Source: the human T2T-CHM13v2.0 reference genome, Homo sapiens. From it: DNA of 64,000 nucleotides. Positions 53,856 through 64,000 of this stretch are shown in pieces. The DNA lies in NCBI RefSeq assembly GCF_009914755.1, contig NC_060935.1; one strand, written 5' to 3'. The notes beneath the pieces are model-generated. The model searched no databases. It was not told where the DNA came from and saw nothing but the letters and a program-made list of their open reading frames with translations. The position numbers and the translations under genes are program-made. Position 1 is the first letter of the stretch. Every line of letters starts with the position of its first letter.

Positions 53856-56569
53856 TCACAGATCAAATCCCTCCCTTAAAAGATTCTATACCCAGGATGG
53901 ATAAGGAGGAATGACAGTGTCTTTATGTGAGATTAATATGACACTATTATTATGTATTTTGGGGAAATGGTAATATTTTATATCATATGATCATCATTTC
54001 TATGAATAGCATGGTATGAAAACTGTTTTCTCTATGATAATGCATATGCTTATAAAGTATTTTCATTATCTTAGAATAGTCTCTTGGGCCATGGAGTAGC
54101 TGAAAAGAGTGATCTTCCCATCATCAGTGACATAAGTGGTAACATGTTAGTGGGTAGACACTTTGAGATTTAAATTAACCACAACCAAAATATATAATCA
54201 GATCTCTTTAGATAAAAAGTGATTTATAAAACATGTGGAGAAAAAAATATAAATAAAACAAACAAGGTATCCTTCAGCTATTTTGTCATTTTTGTTAGCT
54301 TTCAAACATTTCTCCAAAAGTGTGAATATATTTTGAGGAAATATTTTATGTTTCAAGGAGGAGCTTTACTCTAAAAATATCTGCCCATTGATCTGAAGCA
54401 GAAATTATGGCAAAAATTTTAGTAGAAGTGGAAAGATCTGGCTTTTGGACCCAGGTGGGAGGTAAGAAAGAAGGGCTAGATGATATACTAGTTGTTCTCC
54501 TTTCCTTCAGTTACCATGGGCATGCCAACTGGGAGATGGTTGTAAAAAATTAAGTAGCTAATCAAATAAAGGTATATCACTGGTGCTCTAGGAAGGTCTT
54601 GCATCATTTTCACTCATTCACTTATTCATGTATTCATTCACTTACCTCACTGTTGCATATTTTGTGAGTTGAAAGAACTACTACTAGTTTGCATTTGGAG
54701 CAATCAGATCCATACGCTAGACACTAGCCTATGCTGACATCTCTTGAGCCTTATAACAATTGCTGTGAATAAAGGTATACTTTCAGATGACCAGTCAAGT
54801 TTCAGTGTCATAGGACATTTGGATACAGGTAACGCAATTGCTTCCAGCACCTATGGTTGTGGGACACCACTGGAAAAAACAAGATTGGTGAATGGTCAGG
54901 AGAGTCACTGCAGGTTATAATCAGTGTGGTCTCTAGTACACTAGACAGGGGACAGAAGGTAACACATGAAGAGGACTGATTCAATGACACCATTGACACT
55001 CCCTGGAGAAGGACATTTTGATAGGAGGGTGAACTCATATCATAAAAGAATGGGAAACTACATCATTTGGTATAAATATTGAAAGAGAAGTTAGTTAAAA
55101 AGGACATGAAAATGATATCTAAGTTTCATAATGTCCTGGTAAACAAAATATTTATAGGCCGATCTCTAGAAGTCATTTAAAGAGACCTCTATAAAATCTA
55201 AATTGTGAATATCCAATTGTACCAGATGTCAGCTTTTATGATGGTTTCAATTTTCCTCCCTAAATAGATATTCTGAAAACCCATTGGGAACAGATGCATT
55301 TCAATAAGTTCCACTGGGCTCCAAACACCAGCACTTTTAATCTATAAAATAATTACTACACAAAAAGAATATTATCATTATAAGAATACTATTTCCCAAG
55401 GGAGAACTTGAGATTTCTTTAATTAAACTTTCTTTAAAATTAAAACAAAGGACATCTTTAGAGAGAACTTTTAAACCCTAAGAATACCTAGCTTCCCCAA
55501 TAAAAGCCATGTTATGTGTAACTGAGCCTTCTTCTGATTATGTTTGGAAGCTATTTGGGACTAATTTGTTTGTTAGGTTTTGTTTTGTTTTACAAAAAAG
55601 TATGGAACAGCTGCATTTATTATTTTAAAAAGCAGATATGGTTAAAAGCCATATATAAAGTGCTTCTTTCTTATCTAGTTGAATACTTAATATAGTATTT
55701 TTAAAATAAGGATACAATAATTACATAAACAAGATTTTATAGTTGGAATAAACTCTTTTCAGTTAAGAATAACAACCAATGGGAACAACAGTCACAGAGC
55801 TAGAAATAATTTATAGTAAGGGACTTATATACAATGTCTATTTTATCAATCAAGCTATGCCTTTCTTCATATGATATACTTGCTCAGATCTGTAACCAAA
55901 GCATGTCATTTGATCTTTCAGTGATAATATTTTAGAATCTTCTGACTCTAGTTACAAAGGTCTATACCATAATTGGCTATGAGCAAAATGGAAGGCTGGA
56001 GATCTATGTATGGCAATAATATTGAAGAGACTATTGAAAACGGGCAATGAACGATGGTGGTAAATGGCAAGTGAGAAAGCGTAAATTTAGGAGAAAACTA
56101 GAATAGACCTCAAAAACTGGATTTTGATCAATAGGTTATCCAAGCACCAAAAAGTCCATTAAACTTCTAGAATCAGGGAATTTAACCAGCACAATCCTCA
56201 AGTTCATCCAGGAAATGCTGTGGGTCAGAGTGAAGCCTTAGGTTAATACTTTTCAATTTTTTTAAAGCAGTTGGATCCCTTTCTTTAAATGAAATTTTAG
56301 TCAGAAGCTCTGTATGTCAAACACTTAGAGCAAATCTGCTCTTCTTGGAGCAGGGTGGGGATACTGCTAGCCTCCTTCCCTTTGGGCTGTGTGGGAGACG
56401 GTGTGGTGGTCTTTGATCGGGGCACTGTGGCTGAAGGAAGCATAGTTTGAATTGCCTTGCTCTAAGAAAACACTTTCTGACCTCTGCGATTTGACAATCC
56501 AGGTGTATAAGATAGCCCTTTGGCCATATTTCTGATCTCATGATTTTCATGATGTTTTAGCAGAGTGAA

Positions 56570-56725
56570 AATAGTCCCGGTTTCAAAACAAAGTGGAATT
56601 TGAATGTTTGCACTGTGATGCCAGGCATATTGTTTAACCTTTCTGACTTTGAGCTTCTTCATCCGTAAGATGGCAGAAACTTATTACCCTCACTTAGTGA
56701 AGACTAATTAAGATGATGTATGTAG
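56570..56725 (+). mobile_element. MIR
   Basis: ctgtgatgccaggcatattgtttaacctttctgactttgagcttcttcatccgtaagatgg. Confidence 0.75.
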
Positions 56726-56735
56726 TAGATGACAA

Positions 56736-57412
56736 TGTTGAAATTTACCCAACCCTGCTATCCTGGAAAACAATGAAGGTTAAGAAATCCCCCAACTCCC
56801 ATCATTTCATGTTTCTGGAAATGCCTGGCTGCACAGACCCACCCTTCTCCATATGAGTTAGGAAAGATTCAAGGGTGCCTCTTTGCTTCCTTATGACAAG
56901 GTCAGGCACGGACCCTTGGGATTCCCATGTTTTGCTTCACAAATGATTAGCTGAACTGTTTTATTCCTACTGATCCATCAGAACCAAATGCATATTAAGC
57001 AAACTTTGGTTAAGATTCTCCTCCTTCCCCAAGGTCCCTGAACTTTTACCTACACTCAGCCTGAGTCAGCACACAATCTTTTCTCAACAACCTCTAACAA
57101 AATAGAGAATAGGCCCATTGCAGGGTAAAACGTTCTCTGATCTACTGTGCAATCAGGTCACCATCACCTGTTCACCTCATTCATTTATGCACTTCCCCAC
57201 ATCGGGTTCTTCCCAGCCTTATTTGCTACTTTCTATAAAAGAAAAGCTCCTTTCTGCATAACAGATAGTTGCATATCTCATGGTCAGAAAGTTTCTCCTT
57301 ATTGCCAGAAATTATCCTCTCCCCTAGTTTAATAATTACTTTCATACCCTAGAAATAATATCTTGAGTGAAGTCTCTTTTTACATAAGTAAAAATTTGTT
57401 TTTTATTTGACA
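56736..57412 (+). mobile_element. MER67C-like ERV1 solo LTR
   Basis: tgttgaaatttaccc...cctggaaaac...gaaggttaagaaatcccc...aaatgattagctgaactg...cagggtaaaacgttctctgatcta...tttatttgaca. Confidence 0.82.
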
Positions 57413-58033
57413 CAGATTATATTACTAAGAAATTAAATAAGCAGGAAGATGGACAAGTGGTATAGTTTTTCATTTGCTGTCTTCTGGGGGATAGAAAAAT
57501 CCTGGAAATAATACATATTTTTACCTTTTATACAACGGGAGTAAGAAGAGGGAATGTTTCCAGAATTATATCTATGATATTTGCCTTTCTAAAAGTAGAT
57601 CTAGTAGTGTCATGATTGAATCATTGGTTATCAATAACAGCAGCTAAATGCAACTTCAAAGCAAAAAGTTTTCTGCAAAATGTAAAGCATTATATAAATG
57701 TTGATTGAGATGGCACAGTCAGAAAGTGTTTTCCTAGAACCAGGTTTTTAAAATTATCCTTCTTTCAGCCCCAATGCTCCCAGTCTCCGAATCACCACCA
57801 CCACACAAAATTTCCAGTGCAGCCAAGAGGGAAGGCTGCTAGCAACACCTCTGCCCTGCTCCCAACAGAGCCACTCTACCTTATCTGTTTGACACATAGA
57901 GCCCTGACTAAAATTTCTCTTAAAAAAAAAGATCCAACTGCTCATTAAAAAGTTTGAAAAGTATTAACTGAAACCTCTAATTGCTTATATCAATTAGTAA
58001 AATAACACCAATTTTAATTTAATTATACATGCC

Positions 58034-58392
58034 TGATAATAGTTTGGCTCTATGTCCCCACCCAAATCTCACCTTGAATTGTAATAACCCCCATGAGTCA
58101 AGGGCAGGACCAGTGGAGATAATTGAATCGTGGGAGCGGTTTCTTCCATGCTCTTCTTATGATAGTAAGTGAGTCTCATGAGATCTGATGATTTTATAAG
58201 CATCTGGCATTTCCCCTGCTGGCATTCATTCTCTCTCCTGCCACCCTGTGAAGAGGTGCCTCCCACCATGATTGTAAGTTTCCTGAGGACTCCCCAGCCC
58301 TGAGGAAATGTGAGTCAATTGAAACTGTTTTCTTTATAAATTAACCAATCTCGGGTTATGTCTTCATAGCAGCCTGAGAATGGACTAATACA
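58034..58392 (+). mobile_element. THE1C-like MaLR solo LTR
   Basis: tgataatagtttggctctatgtccccacccaaatctcaccttgaattgtaataa...gcatctggcatttcccctgctggc...gagaatggactaataca. Confidence 0.94.
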
Positions 58393-58859
58393 ATCCTCAC
58401 ATATGCTATTGGTGAGTGAACTCACAAATCATAATTTAGGTACAATATGAGGTTAAATGCTGGTTATAAAAAATTAGTCTGTGTATTAATATCAATACAA
58501 ATCATCCCATAAAATGATACAGTTAAAAAAAAAAGACTCACAAAAGATAAAAGTATTCAATCACAAATTGTAGACTCCAAATTATTTACTGGTATATCTA
58601 TAGGACTAATGAGCTAATTTTTTATTACAATTACAAAAGTCCCAAACTAGCTCATTCTTATTTCTTGCCATTATATATATATAACAGGTATTAGCAGGCC
58701 TTACCTGCTGTCAGTTAATTAATAGGTTTTCAGCTGTCGCTAAGGCATAGTAGATTCTTTCATTTACTCATTCATTTGCTCCCTCTGCTAGGCATTAGGA
58801 ATAGAAGGGTCATGGGGCATAGATGACCTCTACCTTCAGAGAGCTTACAGTTCAGAACA

Positions 58860-59041
58860 CAGCAGTGCTCAAACTTTATAGTAGCATCACTTGAAAGTTC
58901 TGTTAAAACCAGATTGCTGAGACTAACTCTCAGAAATTTTGATTCACTAGGTCTGGAATGAGGCTCAAGAATCTGCTTTTATAACAAGTACCCAAGTGAT
59001 GCTTACCTGCTGGCTCGGGGACTGCACTTTAGGAACTACTG
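58860..59041. mobile_element. MER5A
   Basis: cagtgctcaaacttta...cagattgctg...tgattcactaggtctgg...aagaatctgc...taacaagtacccaagtgatgct...cactttaggaactactg. Confidence 0.85.
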
Positions 59042-60182
59042 ATTTAATGGTTACTAGGGATGTGGTGCTCCTGTAAACATGTAAATTGTATATTTGCTAG
59101 AACGGGACAGAGATTTCCCACTCTTTGGAATGAAATTACAATATGCAATTGAGTGCTTTGGGAGTACTCATACAGACTAATTGCAGAAAGACTGATGTTA
59201 TTGATGGGTATTCATGTTAAACTCTAGATTACCTCTGATAACAAAAAAAAAGGCTCCCAAATAAAAATCAATGAAAGTGCTCTATGTTTTGATGCAAAAG
59301 AGAGACATTAAAATTCAATTTAGAGAACTGAAGTTGTTTTTGTGTTAAAATCATGTGCTTGTCAATGGTGCAGAGCTACTATGGTAATTACTTACACAAA
59401 TATAGCTTAACAAAAACAAGTATTTCCCCATTTATAGTGCAGAAAAACAGTGTTCGTGTCATTCTTTTCAGAGACCAAGAAATGCATGCTGATTATTGGT
59501 AGAATAACAAAGCAGAGTTTTTCCATAAGGATACTTTATATATTTGTGTTATAGAAAATTCTAGATTCAATCCTGTCTATTTCCTCTCCTAGCCTTTTTA
59601 TTTTGGTGGTGGAGTAGAGGAGCTGGAGTAAAAACTCTACGATAAAGAAATAAAGAAGGGTGTCCTTCTATGGAAAGTGCCACAATAATCTCTCTGAAGC
59701 AATGCAGAATACAACAAGTTTCAGTGACTCCAGTACTGAAATTTGACAAAAATATGATAAAAGTGAAGCAAAACTCAAAAAAAAAAAATGAATGCATGTC
59801 ATCTTTGGACAACATGAATACATTCTTTTTAAAAAATAAATTTTCCAGAACTAAGAAAGAATTTCAATTAAAGGATCAGGAAAGGTACCTACTTTGTACT
59901 AATAGTGTTAGTGTGACTTTAAATCATTTTGGGACTAAGGCATAGTCTGATAAGTAAATAAACAAAGAAAAACAAAAGAAGGGCTCCTACTTTCAAATGC
60001 AAAGGTTTTTCAGTGTTTGAATGAATCCAAACAAAATTAACGTAGGTTGAGAACACTAACAGCTGTGCCTGCAGTGACGTTCTTGGTCCTGAAGATGAGG
60101 GACAGGTCCACCAAAAAGCTAGGACATTTGTCATATAAAATATCTCATCCAAAAGGAAACTCCAAAAATAAAGACATTTGAA

Positions 60183-60350
60183 CAATGGTTCTCGATCCTA
60201 GCTACAATAACCCGGAAAACATTCAGACAATTCATTTCATCCTTAGTCTGAATCCCATCCCAGATTAAGAAAATCATATTTTGGGGGCATGGGGCCATCA
60301 TAATTCCTTAAAAACTTTCCAAGTGTTTCAAATGAGCAGCTAAAATTGAA
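60183..60350. mobile_element. MER5-type hAT remnant
   Basis: caatggttctcgatcctagct...gaatcccatcccaga...aaaactttccaagtgtttcaaatgagcagc. Confidence 0.6.
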
Positions 60351-61449
60351 AAGGAAAACACTAATTGAGAGGCAAGACTGCTTTTTGTACTTGACTTGCA
60401 AGCGTATCCTCTGTTTATTCTGGCATATTCCTGGTCAAAGTCAGCTTCCACATATAGTTTTAAACATTGTCAAAAGAATTAGTAAATTGTTTGAAACCTG
60501 TTTTGAGTTCAAAGAGTGTACTTTCTGAAGTCTTTGAGAATTAGAAAACTAAGAAGATGCCACGTGCTCAATTTCACTTGCAATAATCACTATTTCTAAA
60601 CCAAAGGATGGCCAGGGACATTTTTGCTCTATCACCTCACCCATTATCTTATTGAAGCACAAGGGAAGGTGGAAGTGATGTTGAACAAAAGTGAATGAAA
60701 CCATAAACCAGGGCAGCTCAAGATGGAGTATAATGGTCAAACTGCTCTGGTACAGCTTTCAGCTGGGAATAAAATGTCTGCAGGCAAGGGTATAGAGTGA
60801 TTGCTTCCAAGGTAGCCCCAAAGCAGTGAGTGACCATTGAAATGTGATTCAACAGAGGAAAGAACACTCCAGACTTCAGTTTAGAATACAAGGAAATAAA
60901 GCACGATGGAAAATAAAGTTGATTCCTAATATTTTTTTCCTGAATAGAACCAGCTTGAAGCTGTAAGAAAAAATATTCCAGTTTGTTTGCTTAAAAACAT
61001 ACAAACATGTACACAGCCAAATATCTATCCCTACATCCCATGGATAGCCAATATTATGAGTTTGTTGCTTATCTCTCAAGGCTTTTCAACACACATATAT
61101 ATATATGCATTCAGATGCTTTAATGCATGCTCATTGTATACATATGGGGTTTTATGATACATATTAATGCATACTCTTTCATTCAACCTGTACATGGCCA
61201 TCTTTTCATATTTATTCCCGTAATGCCACTTCAACTCTTTCAAAGCTATATTACATTTAATTGTATGGAAGGATCATTATTTAGTTACTCAATTACCCAT
61301 TGCTGCCCACTTAAAGAATTTCTAATTCTTTGCACTTAAATTATATGCACTTGTCTTATTTTCTCTGGATAATTTCCTGGCTGTAGAATTGCTCTGATTT
61401 TTAAAAAATGCACATATTAAGTTTTCCTAATATGAAACTAGTACATTCC

Positions 61450-61680
61450 AATGTTTTGAAGGCTAAGACTAGATGCAGATTGCCTAGTTTCAAAATCTGC
61501 CTCTGTTGTTTGCAAAGTGAGCAAGTTATTTAGCAAGCTAGAGTCACAATTTCTTCTTTGGTAAAATAGAGATAATAACATTGTTCACATAATGTTGTAT
61601 GAGACCTTAAGGAAAAATAAGCATACGTAATACATTGAGCAAAGCATATAATCACAGCAAGACCTCAATACATGTTAACA
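61450..61680 (+). mobile_element. MIR nested in antisense old L1M remnant (about 61130-61920)
   Basis: cagattgcctagtttcaaaatctgcctctg...gagcaagttattta...atttcttctttggtaaaatagagataata. Confidence 0.65.
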
Positions 61681-61954
61681 TTTAAAGTTCTATTATAGCT
61701 TTTTCTATTATAGCTTTTGCTAGATGGTTCTCTAGAAGATTTGCACAAACTTATACACTTTTGTCAATTTTTGGCTTTGGCACACTTTTAAACCTTTGAC
61801 CCATCTGAAGGGTAAAAATTAATACCATAATACTATTTTCATTTGAGTTTATTAGTGAAGCTGAACATTTCTTATTATGTTTTTTAAACTACTCATAATT
61901 AATAATTGAGTTTATTCTTTTCTTGCCTCTATCACAAAGTTATTACATTCTATT

Positions 61955-62180
61955 TCAAGAATTGGCAAACTACACGCTATGGTCAAAATTGTGCCTGCTG
62001 CCTGTTTTTATAAATAAGGTTTTATTGAAACACAGCCCATGCACATTTATTTATATATTGCCTATGGCTGCTTTTATGCTACAACGGCAGAGTTGAATAG
62101 TTCCCACAGAGGCTGTAGAGCCCACAAAGCCTAAAATATATACTCTACAACACTTTGTCGGATAAATTTGTTGACCCTCC
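61955..62180. mobile_element. MER58A hAT DNA transposon
   Basis: ggcaaactac...ctgcctgtttttataaataaggttttattgaaacacagcc...tatggctgctttt...ggcagagttgaatagtt...cccacaaagcctaaaatat...tttgttgaccc. Confidence 0.9.
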
Positions 62181-62429
62181 CATATAGTAATTATTCATGT
62201 ACATAACGGCCTTCCTTTCTAGACTGTCCATTTGAATATAAATACAGTGCCAGTACACTGCATGCCTCTTACCTAGCACAGTCCTTGGCACCGAGTTGGT
62301 GTTTATAGAGCATTTTCATGTGACACTTCTCTTTCACTACAGACCATAACATTCAGAAAATTTCAGTGACCTAGAAACACCTGCAGATTTAATAGTTTCC
62401 ACGGTGATTTTGTGAGTTTTCTTATCTCT

Positions 62430-62750
62430 TTTTTGCTGTAAAAGTTCTACTTATCCTTCAAGGCTAAAATCAAATAACACATTAGAGAATATTTAGCATT
62501 CTCTAAATATATACTTTCATAAACAAATGAACCAAAATACTTCCTTCACCATACGCTAAAAAACTTCAGGAAAACCAACATTACAGAATTATAACTTTAT
62601 ACTACAATTAAGAGATATGAGTCTGTTCTTCTCAAAAGAGTGTAACCTCTTCTAGATTACAAATTCTATTTTGCATTTCTTTATACACACCCATCATCCA
62701 GCAAAGGGTGGCCTTGAATTAAATATTCATTAAATGAATGAATGAAGAAT
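62430..62750 (+). mobile_element. L2 3' fragment
   Basis: ttctacttatccttcaaggctaaaatcaaat...agagtgtaacctcttctag...aaatattcattaaatgaatgaatgaa. Confidence 0.65.
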
Positions 62751-63878
62751 GTAATCATTGTTAGTCCTAGCCTGGGTCATTTAACTTTTCTCTGCATTAA
62801 TTTGACCACCAAACATAATATCTCCCCATCATCTCTCAAGGTTAAGAGCTTCGTCAGTCCACTCTGGAGTCAGGTGCTTAATTGACTGAACTGTCTGTGG
62901 ATGACACAGGTTCATTCCCTCTCATTGCAGGCAACATATTGCTCTAAACACTACTGAGCGTTTCCTTGACTATATTTAGAATTCCTTTTTAACAAGGTGT
63001 CTGCTACTATAGAGAAAAACAATGAACTCAGTAATCCTACCATTCTTTGATTCTTTACATTGTTTAGAAAAGCAAAAGTAGGATGCAGTTAATAACCTGA
63101 TCACAGCATTCCCTCAGCTCATTCACTTAACAAACATCTAATTAGGACCTGATCTGAAACAAGCAATGTGCTAAGTCTTGGAATACCCTCCTTCCTCCCG
63201 CCTGCCACAAAAGAAAAATTTGTCCTTCTGAAGTGGAGGAGCCAGACATGAAAACAGATTTATTTTTCCAAGTGATGTAATTAAGAGTGCTCTCTTCAGG
63301 GGGAAATAAAACAAATAAAAAAATACATAGCCAGGCATTACATGCCAATCTACTAACAAGTTGTTCTCTCTGGGGATATTCTTCTTATTAGTGGAATGAA
63401 ATTCCAAAAGACAACTCCACTGAATGTATGAAAATTCCTATGAAAACTTAAACACATGAAAAATTCTGGGTTCAGGGTTGAAACAGATTAGTCATATTGA
63501 AGACTGGATGATTCTATCCAAACTCTTAAATACTTTATTTTGTTTTACAGATCATGAATGATTCCAGTTTTTAAAAAATCACCTAATAATTGTCCTAATG
63601 GAAATATACTTGCATTTTTAGAAAGTAGTGAGTATTATTTTTCTGGTGTTCCTCATCTTCTGGTTACATCTGTTTTTGTTGTTAAACCAAGATATATTCT
63701 CTTTTTGGTATTCCATAAATGATTCCCTTCTGAGTTGAGTGTTAACTATGACTTCCAGAGCACACAGATCTCTCACAGGAGCTCACACTAGGTAAAACAT
63801 CCTTAGTAGGTTCATGAATGTCTGCAACTGCATAAAAAACACAGGCTATTCATCTGCTATTCCTGTTCATCAATGCCA

Positions 63879-63995
63879 GTGCTTATCACCTCGGTGAGGA
63901 AGTAACCTGTACACCAAAACCCCATGACATAAAATTTACCTGTATAATAAACCTGCACATGTACTCCCCAACCTAAAATAAAAGTTAAATAAAAA
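63879..63995 (+). mobile_element. Very short L1PA15/16-type 3'-end insertion
   Basis: gcttatcacctcggtgaggaagtaacctgtacaccaaaaccccatgac...aaacctgcacatgtactccccaacctaaaataaaagtt. Confidence 0.9.
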
Positions 63996-64000
63996 TTATG

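Overview
AT-rich, CpG-poor primate genomic DNA, most likely human because it carries a near-consensus AluYa5. It is non-coding (intergenic or deep intronic). I found no CpG island, no convincing protein-coding exon, and no rRNA, tRNA or CRISPR array. The supplied ORFs are chance frames, Alu/LTR read-throughs or broken L1 ORF2 remnants. A large part of the window is interspersed repeat: ten Alu-family copies (FLAM, J, S, Y, Ya5), a 3.4-kb 5'-truncated L1PA, older L1M pieces, L2, L3/CR1, many MIRs, MaLR LTRs (THE1, MST, MLT1), ERV1 solo LTRs (MER41B, MER67C, MER4-group), LTR33, DNA transposons (Tigger4a/MER46A, MER5A, MER58A) and a U6 snRNA retrocopy. I see no evidence of a new multi-gene system. 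The most notable items are: a THE1 LTR with an optimal DUX4 site and intact splice donor; a MER41B LTR whose tandem STAT1 GAS cassette has collapsed; a possibly polymorphic AluYa5; a truncated U6 retrocopy with a non-U6 tail inside a candidate TSD; a ~120-bp hairpin whose outer-stem mismatches are all G-U on the + strand; an Alu carrying an inverted copy of its own 5' end; a G-quadruplex-competent Alu tail; and a repeat-free, motif-dense candidate enhancer near 29.8 kb. Subfamily calls were made by eye against remembered consensus sequences, and boundaries of old repeats are approximate.
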